In this document: positions 53,609 through 64,000 of the stretch, piece after piece
Numbering within the stretch: the stretch's first letter is position 1
Layout of the letters: every line of letters begins with the position of its first letter
NCBI GenBank assembly: GCA_964016885.1
Contig: OZ024741.1
Location: 201,872,001 to 201,936,000 of the forward strand
From: Eledone cirrhosa
Lineage: Eukaryota
Length of the DNA: 64,000 bases
Direction: 5' to 3'
The notes under the pieces: model-generated
Database searches by the model: none
Seen by the model: the letters and a program-made list of their open reading frames with translations, nothing else
What the model was told of the DNA's origin: nothing
Translations under genes and position numbers: made by a program

Positions 53609-53746
53609 TATATATATATAGTAATAATAATAAATTTGAAGACTAAAATCCAAATAGGGCTCGATAAGGTTTCAGAAGATCCCGTTAAGGGTGAAAGCAG
53701 CGATTTTTTGCTTAAACTTTAATCTGTTATTTTAATAAATATATAT

Positions 53747-53900
<154 letters not shown>

Positions 53901-54301
53901 AGAACAAAAGATGGTTATTTTATTATGCGCATTTCAAAAACAAATATCATCATGCAATAATATTTGTGTTTTCATCAGATAAAATAGGAAGACATGATAT
54001 GAAGGTTAAAAAACACTTGTGGATAGTGCAGTTTTAAATCAACATATCAGTTTTAAATCAACATATCTATTTATATATTATATTTTTTTTTTCTCTCTCC
54101 TTTTCTTTCTCTCCCCCCCCTCTCTCTCTCTCTCTGTTTTTTCTTTACCTCCGTTTCTTTTTTCTCTCCGTCTTTTTTCTAAATGTGCTTAACACTATAG
54201 CTAAATAATTATAAACACATCAATATCCAGACAGCTTCCTAATATAACGGTCGCTTATAATATGGTACGTCAAAATTATTTATAAAACTGTTTATATATT
54301 G

Positions 54302-54367
54302 TATTTTATCTGACGAAGGCATGCCATATTTTTAATATGGTATCCCTGAAATATGTATAATGAAATA
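54302..54367 (+). ncRNA. Type I hammerhead ribozyme with intact core and long stem II
   Basis: TATTTTAT-CTGACGA-AGGCATGCCATATT(TTT)AATATGGTATCCCT-GAA-ATATGTAT-A-ATGAAATA. Confidence 0.85.
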
Positions 54368-54511
54368 AATATGGTTTTATAAATATAGTTTCCATTTGTT
54401 TAATATCGTATATATATATATATATTCCCCACCACCACCCACTCTCCAGAGCGTGAAATTAATAAACATTCGTTGTACTGCCTCTCTGTTTTGTTCCTGT
54501 TCAAATTTTCC

Positions 54512-54561
<50 letters not shown>

Positions 54562-54798
54562 GAAACACACAGATACATGCGGACGCACACATATATACAT
54601 GAATGCATCCGCACCCAACTGTGAGTTAAGGGTGCCAACTTCACCGATGTTGCTCAATGAATGACTGGGACAGACCAATTCAGTTTGAACTAGACTGAGC
54701 CAGTATCAGAGTTAAAAATACATTATGAAGAGAGAAGAAACATTTAGATATAATTAGTAATAAAATGTATCATACCTAAACTGTTCCTAAATTCCTCC

Positions 54799-54829
<31 letters not shown>

Positions 54830-55210
54830 TATTAGTCAATGAGTAGTCTCCCTTAGAGTAAAAGGTCTTGGTAGTATCGTTAGAACGTCGGTCCCAAAAT
54901 GTTTTCTAACCATTTAATTACGTACCATTCTATTCCGAGTTCAAATCCCCCGCGAGGTGAACTTTGCATTTCCTCCTTCCTGGGGTTCAATATAATTGCT
55001 GGTATGGTGCCTATGTTATGTTACGTTCCACCACCCAATCGTTGTCTTGTTAATGTGACAACATACATCACATACGATTCTTTAATCCAATGGCCGATAA
55101 CTGATCAATATTTTAGTGAATTGTTGCACTTGTTAACTTATTTATGTCTAGTGATAGATCACATTATGTGTATATTGGCTATAAAATTGCATGGAGACTA
55201 TTATATATAT

Positions 55211-55393
55211 AGTGGATTGGCAGTATCGGTAGAGGATCGGACGCCATGCTTTCCAGCATAGTTACGTCCCTTTACGATCTGAGTTCAAATCCCGCCGAGG
55301 TTGACTTTGCCTTTCATCCTTACGGGGTCGATAGAATAAAGTACCAGTAATATACTGGGTAATTGCTGGCCTTGTGCCAAAAGTAGAAACAAT
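55211..55393 (+). mobile_element. Near full-length tRNA-derived Meta-type SINE
   Basis: A-box-like TGGCAGTATCGG, B-box GAGTTCAAATCC, Meta-like core; other copies near 41870-42110, 51960-52130 and 54865-54995. Confidence 0.8.
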
Positions 55394-55605
55394 TATATAT
55401 ATAAGGCTTCAAGAACATCGTTTTTGTCTGTTCTCTCGTCTTGGATTGCCTCGAGAACGTAACGTTATTAAGTAAGCTGTCTGATGAGATCATGGCACTG
55501 GTTAGGCAGAATCGCGTAGTCACTGTCATCACTGAAATATGTATCACAGCCTCATGAATAAAGGACTTTAACATCTGAAACTAATTTGCATTTTCTTATT
55601 CTATA

Positions 55606-55975
55606 TATCATCATCATCGTTTGACGTCTATCTTCCACGCTAGCATGGGTTAGACAGGAATTGTCCCACTTGAGGCAAGATTGATCGGGTGACTGTGTCT
55701 CGCTCGTATATCTGGCAGGTTTTCTTTCTAATCCTAACCACATTTACAGTGTGGACTGGGAGCCTTTTTACCGTGTTTCCTACACGGCCACTTTACAGCA
55801 AGCTTTTTTGTCGTGACACCTACACAACCTCTTTAGTTTGGACTGAATGTTCTGTGGTACCAATATAACTTTACAGAGAAAGGGTGATGTTGGTGGAGTG
55901 GGAGGATGGAGTAGGGGTAGTGAGTTGGATTGTATATTTGGTTAAGAGGTGCCTACTGACTTTAGGTTTAACTTT
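55606..55975 (-). mobile_element. RTE 3' UTR-type repeat
   Basis: Reverse complement of the 32525-32785 / 13320-13712 tail. Confidence 0.75.
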
Positions 55976-55980
55976 GTACG

Positions 55981-56011
<31 letters not shown>

Positions 56012-56110
56012 CCTGGGTTCAATCGGGGGTAACCACAGTAGGTAAAGTACTCAATATATAGTAGAGTAATTATTTTAAAAAAAGTTTTATAATGTATTTA
56101 AAGTATATAA

Positions 56111-56157
56111 AGTATTACCGGTTTCGATGTATTATTAAAATTCATCTTATCAAATGT
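56111..56157 (-). ncRNA. Degenerate hammerhead relic
   Basis: TTGATAA-GATG..CATC-GAA-ACCGGT-A; mutated core and weak stem I. Confidence 0.45.
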
Positions 56158-56509
56158 TGAGTATTGAAATAAAAAATTAAAAAGAATTAATAGGAGTTAA
56201 AAACTAAAAATTAAAGATTTAAAATTAAAATCAAATGTTGGAGTAAGTTTTTTTCCCATCTTTCTTGCTCAAAATTTGGCTAGAGAATAAGTTCTTGTTA
56301 ATAGAGAGAGGTGGTAGTGAAGATTGCAGAAACTATGTTTCTTCACAGAACAAAGTTGTTATTTTGGGGCAAAAGAAACATCCTGTAAATATGTGTGTGT
56401 ATATCTGATTGTGTTAATTGACTGGTCAAGAGTTCAAAAGGGGATAGGGAATTGTAAGCTAGAGGTAAATTCTATGGCAGCAGCAGTAGTGTAAGAGAAA
56501 TTCTCTCTC

Positions 56510-56591
<82 letters not shown>

Positions 56592-56636
56592 ATGTGTGTG
56601 TGTGTGTATTTCTATATATATATATATATATATTTG

Positions 56637-56669
<33 letters not shown>

Positions 56670-56694
56670 TTATCTATCTATTTATCTATCTATT

Positions 56695-56767
<73 letters not shown>

Positions 56768-56790
56768 GGGGTTACACAACAGTTAGTTCA

Positions 56791-56840
56791 CCATAACGAG
56801 AACAATTGTTTCACCTTAGCGGATCCTCAGCTCGTAATGG
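56791..56840 (-). ncRNA. Minimal type I hammerhead
   Basis: CCATTACGAG-CTGAGGA-TCC(GCTAA)GGT-GAA-ACAATTGT-T-CTCGTTATGG; 9 of 10 pairs in stem I. Confidence 0.75.
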
Positions 56841-57073
56841 GCATGGTTATACGGAACAGGAAGGACAACCGTACGAACGCGCATGCGCAGAAACCCGTCA
56901 CTTCACACAGGCAATACTAAAATGCGTGCGAGAGGTGTAAGGTAGATAACTGCGAAAGTCCGAAAAGTTTTTAGTTGATAAGAAAAAATATTGATGTTGT
57001 TACAATAATTCATTCAATCCGGAGCCTTGTAGTTATGCAATAGGTGTTTCGAGACGTGTGGACAACGTGTGAA

Positions 57074-57141
57074 AAATTCATTTCTCGTGTTTAGGCAATC
57101 ACTATTGCAATAGTGATTGCCTAAACACGAGAAATGAATTT
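57074..57141. repeat. Perfect 68-bp spacerless palindrome
   Basis: AAATTCATTTCTCGTGTTTAGGCAATCACTATTG|CAATAGTGATTGCCTAAACACGAGAAATGAATTT. Confidence 0.95.
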
Positions 57142-57167
57142 ATGTTGTGGTAGCGGTGTTGTGGTGA

Positions 57168-59365
57168 GAGTTACTATGCATCTATTACCTTACCGCTCCT
57201 TACGGCCGCTTTGGACTTTGCCAAAACACTCACACCCATCACCGACGAGGAGAGAAATATAATTCTCCATGCCAGGAAGGCAGTCCTACTTTTCGACAAC
57301 TCCAAGTGGATAAAGAGAGCTCTCGACCCCCCCCCCCCCCTTCGACGTCAGTATGGGCGCGACCGATTCGGCCGAGGTCACCGATCTTATAGGATTATTC
57401 CTACTATTTAAACTCATCAAAATGTTTCCTGCATTCAGTGGTGGATTGTACCGAGACGATGGGCTCCTTACCCTCAAAGGGTACAACCCCAGTAGTACAG
57501 ACCGAGTCCGTAAACAACTAATCAACTTCTTCCGGGACTGGGGATTTAAAATCACCCTACAAACGTCCCTAACCCGAGTCAATTTCCTGGACGTTACACT
57601 CATCCTTGAAAATGATCTGTACTACCCATACAGGAAACCAAACGACAACCTGCACTACATCCACCGCCGCTTTAACCATCCTAGAAGCATCACCAATAAC
57701 CTGGTTAAAAACATCTCCTTCCGCATATCTCATTTGTCCGCTAATGAGCAGATATTAGACGAACATGCGCTTCATTACAACCAGGCCCTCAAGCGAAGCG
57801 GCTTCCAGGAGGAAATATCCTTTTATCCAGCTTCACTTAGTGGAACCAGCAGGCGACGCCGCCGCTCACGCCACATAACGTGGTTCAACCCTCCCCACAA
57901 TGCCGAGGTGGCAACACCTATCGGGAAAATCTTCTTTAGGCTCCTCGAAACACATCCCATCACAACACCGCTACCACAACATAATCAACAAAAACACTAT
58001 CAAACACTCCTACAGCACCACACCCAACTTCACACAAAACAACGTGTCTTCAAACAACAAAAAACTCAACCCCTATGGAAGAAACAACCTAGAAATTAGT
58101 GGAGAGCCGACCAGGAGGTGTAACTGCCCTGGTAGATCTACGTGCCCCCTCAACAACAGATGCTGAGAACGTAACGTGATTTACCAGTGAAAGGTGAGGA
58201 TGGACACCTCCAACAAAGCTTATATAGGATTAACCGCTTGTGACTTTAAGACCCGGCTCTACCAACACCAACATACGTTCAGAAACCCGGTCCGGTGACA
58301 TGCCACTACACTTTCGGGCTACATCTGGGACCTCCAAGATAATAAAATAACATACAATCTTACTTGGAGCTTACTGTCCAGGGCTAACTCATACACGGGA
58401 GGACGCCATCCGTGTAACTTATGCTCATAGGAAACATTACAAATGCTGTTTACGAAGGACCAACTCCTAAACAAAAAAGACGAACTGGTAACTGCATGCA
58501 AACACCGATTGCATAGGACTTACCTCACCCTCAAACCCCCTAACGACCCGGGTGGGTAGACAATGGCTGAAACATCCCACTTGCCGAATAAGATAGGGGA
58601 AACCCCAGCTTACATAGGTAGATGTTCCTCTTTTCTTTTCCTCTCTGTTTTCTTCTTCCCTTTGTCTCCTCCTATCAGAGATTTTGTATTACTTTTTGCT
58701 ACCCAATTCTATAATTTCAAAAATTCTTACTTAGTATCTCCTATTCTCAACTTATTAACCAATTCTATAGAAGTGGCCGAAAAAGCAACACCAACTAAAT
58801 ATAGCAGCTGTTTTAGACTTCACAGTTTTTGTTTTTTATCACTTCTTACTATCCAATTTTATATTTTTATATATCTTTCGTTTATTTTTTTATTGTCTTC
58901 AAATCTCAATTGATTTACCTATTCTATAACGACCCTCCTCTATTTTCTCCAGAACCCTTTTTCGCCTACTTCCTCTGACCTACTTTCATACACAATCCTT
59001 AGGTTTGACTGTATAGATTTCACTTTCAACACTTGACCGGCTCCACCCACTCCCTCATTACTCTACAGGCAAGTTCAGCCACCCCCACCACCCACCCACC
59101 GCCATGATAGACTTAACTGTGTTTACAAGAAATCTTGACCAATCCTCTTGACAACTACAATCTTCCCATATAAGGAAGTACCCCTTGAAAAGTTAGCTAT
59201 TTATATACCAGACTAAAAATTCTAATTTAGTTCAGAAATAGCCGTCGAAACGGCTTGAGCTGTGCCGTCGGGGTCATACATTTTCCTATTACCCACTCTA
59301 CTACCCTAAGTATTGAGTACTCTGGTATGTTATGTCCATCTGGTTCCTTACCACAACTCCTTCGT
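57168..59365 (+). mobile_element. 5'-truncated Penelope-like element (RT plus GIY-YIG, disrupted) with 3' hammerhead relic at 59180-59274
   Basis: MGATDSAEVTDLIG, GGLYRDDGL, VNFLDVTL, WFNPP, CNC..CPL; extra TGA at 58188 relative to copy 1. Confidence 0.92.
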
Positions 59366-59654
59366 TATATATATATATATATACATATATACACTTACAT
59401 ATACACATACAGTCACACATATATATACACATATATATACATATATATACACATATATATACACACATATATACACACATATATATACACATATATATAC
59501 ACACACATATAGTCATACATATACACACACATATAGTCACACATACACACATAGACACATAGTCACACATATAGTCATACAATAACAGAAATAACAGCAA
59601 CAATAATATCAGCAACAGTAACAACAACAACAATTGTAATAATTCTGAAAATAT

Positions 59655-62600
59655 TTATCTCTCATAATGAATAAAACCAAAATGTTGATTTGTTGCAATA
59701 TGTCCAAAAATTTTGATATTTTTTTCAGAAAGTAGGAGACCATTAACACGGTAGACTTCAATATCTTTATCACTGAGGATTAATTGTAAGTTACTGTCTA
59801 CAGATACTTGGTAAATATTGTTAGTGTCATCTCCTGATGATATTTTGCTTCTTGTTGTTGATATATAAATATTTTCACCATGTGTTGTGAGATAAGATAT
59901 GTTATATATATCATATATTGGTGGTGGTATTTCTAATCTCCTGACCAACTGTTGTTTTCTGTACCAATTGATATAACGGTACCATCTCCCCATTATTGCC
60001 TCTAATGTGACAACAACAATGTGTTCATTTGATGTGACACCAATTGCTGAGACTGCCTCCATCTCCATCTTCTCCATCTCATTTTCTCTAAAACACACTT
60101 CAACACTGTATTTCACTCTTCCACTATACATATAAACTATATCTACACAAGGTACTCCAGGGTTATATTTAAAAATATCACTATCATCACCATCACCATA
60201 TAACTCAGTTATATTCAAACATATTTCTAACACCACTATAACTACACACAAGTTTGTTGTCATTCTTTTTACAAATCATGTTGTAGTACTTTTTAAGTTG
60301 GATAGTTTTAATGTAAGAAATATTTTTTCTGTAAATCACAAGTTTATGACAGTAAAGGAGAATAAAACAATTATCTGACCATCTGCAAATGTCTATTGGT
60401 GTTTCTGGTAATATTTTCCCATGGATTATTTCACCTTCTGTTGTTGTTACTGTGAGAATATTTCTCAACATGAACACTGCTACATTGTCATGTAACATAA
60501 TTAGTTTACTGTAGTAGATGATGTCCCTCCTATATTCCTTAGAATATTCAGTCTCATCAACCTTACATCTCTCAGTATATTTAGATATATCAGGATATGT
60601 AGGATAGGAAAGAGGAAACAATGTTATTCTATGGGGCAGAAACGTCACTGATATTTCATCATTTCCTAACATACACTTTGCCTTGTAATTACCACGTCTC
60701 ACCAGTAAAGTGTTAATCATTTCACCTGATGGAGTAATATATCTTGCTTGATTATCAGTTATAATGGCAGGGAGCAGCAGATGAGAATTCACATTTAATG
60801 TCTCATGTTTCAGAACATTCAATTTGTTGCCATCAACCTGTATGATATGATATTCTGTCAAGTTGATATGTTGACAGAAGTAAATATTTTCTTTTATCCT
60901 CGATATAACACCATAAGGTAAAGAACTGGACCAAACTTCATATTCTGTCAAATCTTCCTTCTTTAGTTGCATTATTTGATATTCATTAGGAAGTGTAACC
61001 ATAATAAATCCTCCTTCTTCTGTAAAACAGACTCCACCAACTAAAGTTTCAACATTTCTGTGACATAACAGTTCCCCATCTCTCTGAAATATTTTAACAT
61101 TACCATAATTGGTTATTTCACACACAACTGTTTGTCCATCATCAGAGATGTCCATATCTTTTATTTTAACAGAGCTTTGGTCTGTTTTTACACGACAAAC
61201 AGGGAACATTTCCCTATTAAGTTCATATAAACCTTCAACATACAAACACTTTGTATTCCAGTCATATCCAATGAACCTTGGACCTTTAGTGTTAATACTG
61301 GTGAAACATATGTCACCCCTATAAGGGGTTTTATTTAAAAATACATCCCTGTATTTACCAGTCTGTGACAAACAAACAATCTGTTTATTATTGTCACCAA
61401 AGTCGTTATATAATCCCCACTGTCCATAAATGTACAAATAATTGTCATTTGTTGTTATACAGGTGTTTGGTGGTATGTCCTCATAATATTGTCTGTGTGA
61501 ATGTAAATAATCAGTTTTACAGCTGAAGAAAGTGATATATCTACCATTGTAAAATATAATCTCATTCTTAACATTAACTACAATATCAGAGGTGAGATTA
61601 TTATCATACATATGAAATTGTACGTCTTTGATGAACTTAGGTATGTTTATTTCTTTCTTTACTACCACAGTGGAATGTATTTCATCAATATCAATGACAA
61701 ACAATCTATGTCTACCCATATATCTATCTCTATCTCTATCTACACAACTACACACTAGTTGATTGTCTAACAAAGAAGCTATACCATAATAGCTATGGTC
61801 TGTCTTATAAGTTACCAAATACAATGGAAACTCCACTTCTAAAGTTAACAGCTTGTCTGTATCAGTGGTAATGACCAGTGTGTTTGACCCCCAACGACAT
61901 ATATGTTTAGGGAGATTGTCATTTAATTTGATAAAGTCAACAAGTTGACCATCAAATGTTAATATTTTGATGTTGTTATTATTCCTGTCATATAATGCAA
62001 TCAGGTTATTTTCAGTAATAACAACCAAACACTTCTCCTCACTATAATAACCTTCCAAACAAGGCGGTGAAAATATCTTAGCTTTATCAGAAACTGTCAG
62101 ATCCTGCAGATATAATGTAGAAGAAAACATTTCACTGACACAGATGTTTCTAGAAAATACATCTACCATGTCAATAAACATGTTAGACTGTTTCTTTGTC
62201 ACCAGATATACCATCACAGAGTTATGCTTATTTATAGCCAACACACCATCTTTGTCTATCAGATAATGACAAGTTTTATCAATACATCCACCATATAGAT
62301 CAGAAAGTGGTAAAATAAGGCTGAAATCCCTTGAAATACCTCGTTGACCCTTTTTTGATATAGTTTTGTACATAAATATATTTTTCTTAGCCACCATAAA
62401 TATATTTAATGTATCATTGTCTATTGCTAATGACTTTATTTGACATGGGATAGGGACCCTAGAAATTACTTCACCCAGGTTATGTTTTTGAACAGATACA
62501 ATGTCTATATAGTTTGGTTTGTTGTCACAATAACCAACAATTCTACCTTCACCAAACTTCCGTATCTGTACATAAGGGTGGTTTAATGATATAATTCTAA

Positions 62601-64000
62601 CTGTTTTTGATAGGTTTCCAATAAGCCTTAATTCTTTCTCTAGGGGTAATGTGACAGCCAATTGACTAGAACCCCATCTACATATATCTGTAGCTACAGA
62701 TGGCAGATATAATGTAGATAGCACTTTTATTTCTTCTCCTTCTTTCTTAGAAATGTATAATAAGCAAGAATTATTTATGTCAGACACCACCAACTGTCCG
62801 TTGGGTAGATAACATATTTCAGCAATCGCAATTTTATTATCATCCTTTTCTTTGTGTCGTATCGTTGGATTTCTGATATAAGGATTTAACTTTTTTAAAT
62901 GACAAATGGATGATTCACAGTTATAAACAAGAATACTCCCTAGTTTATAGTCAAATAAATATATAGTTCCTTCACAAATACCATTACGAAAGCGAGAAGC
63001 TACCGGAAGTTTTAATTTCCATTTATATTCTCCATAAATATCATAACATGCCATAATAGAGAGTGTAGGGAAGATAACATACAAGTAAAAACTGTCTGCG
63101 TAGATATGATAGGGACGGCTGTTAAAATCAAAATATGTTTCAAAAAGTTCTTCTTCGCCGAAACTAGAATGAAATATTAATTTACGATACTTCTTATCTA
63201 AAATAACAAAATAAATTGTAGTTGTAGCTATACTGACATCACCATGTTCTAATGATTTTAGTTTTTCATATTCTACCTTGTTTTCCTCAATCTTTAATTT
63301 ATGGAGCTCATTCATTCCACAAGTGGTCAAAGCCATAAACCTATCTAATACCACATGACATATTTGAATGTAATTCTTTTTTAAAGAAAAGAGTTTACCT
63401 TTTTTTAGTTCAGGACATGTAATATATTGTATATTTTGTATATTTCTAGTTTTATTGAATAGAACCAGAAATTTGCTGGAGTCTATTCTGCAAAATCTAG
63501 ATGGTTGGGAATTAAATGTTAATTCCTCACCTTTACAAAATTCTGTCCCTCTGTAAGTGTATAATGTCCCACTGTAAGTGTATAATGGGTTTAGATTCCT
63601 ATATACAACTAATACAGAAGATTGTGACATAGGCAGAATCTTATCTATGTTGTTGAGATATTCTATATAAATTTGATCATTCAGACAGGGTGTTGGAATC
63701 TTTTGAAAATAAGACATCTTTGGCCAAAATTTTTTTGTCTTAAAACTATGTATCTGACCAGAAACGTCAGATACTAACATGCTATTTCTGTCAAACCAAG
63801 CATATCGAACATTTATCCCAATATCTTTTTGAGACACACCACCTATTGAGGAGACCTTATAAATAACATGTCCTTGAAAGACATAAAAATAATTCCGGAA
63901 CACAGTGATGCCAGCAGGAATGTCTATAGAATGGAGGTGAAATTGAAATAATTTATGACCATTCAGATCATAACAAATGATAAAAGTAAAATTATAAAAT
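59655..64000 (-). pseudogene. Second copy of the multi-propeller gene, frameshifted; 5' end beyond the window
   Basis: Protein track matches copy 1 except AACTCACAGT (2101) becomes AACTCAGT (~60202), giving EYN-stop. Confidence 0.85.

Noticed and set aside
55211-55295. tRNA gene
   Set aside because: A/B boxes belong to a SINE head; no cloverleaf
55481-55530. CTGATGA motif
   Set aside because: No compatible stem II, GAAA and stem I found

Overview
AT-rich, repeat-dense eukaryotic genomic DNA. The SINE, RTE and Penelope repertoire and the (TA)n density suggest a mollusc, probably an octopod cephalopod (inference). The only clearly intact host gene is an intronless 1675-aa ORF (1554-6581, minus strand) built from about six tandem NHL-like beta-propeller units. 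It recurs about 58.1 kb downstream (59655-64000+) inside a near-identical segmental duplicate, where a 2-bp deletion truncates it. The intervening DNA is mostly transposon debris: Penelope-like elements (PLEs), RTE, CRE and CR1/L2 LINEs, Meta-type SINEs, a DD37D Tc1/mariner, Gypsy LTR relics, Helitrons, MITEs and two minisatellites. The most striking unannotated signal is about a dozen type I hammerhead-ribozyme folds. Some lie in PLE 3' regions, and one family lies in short ORF-less fold-back (inverted-repeat) elements. All pairings and coordinates were worked out by eye, so element boundaries are approximate.
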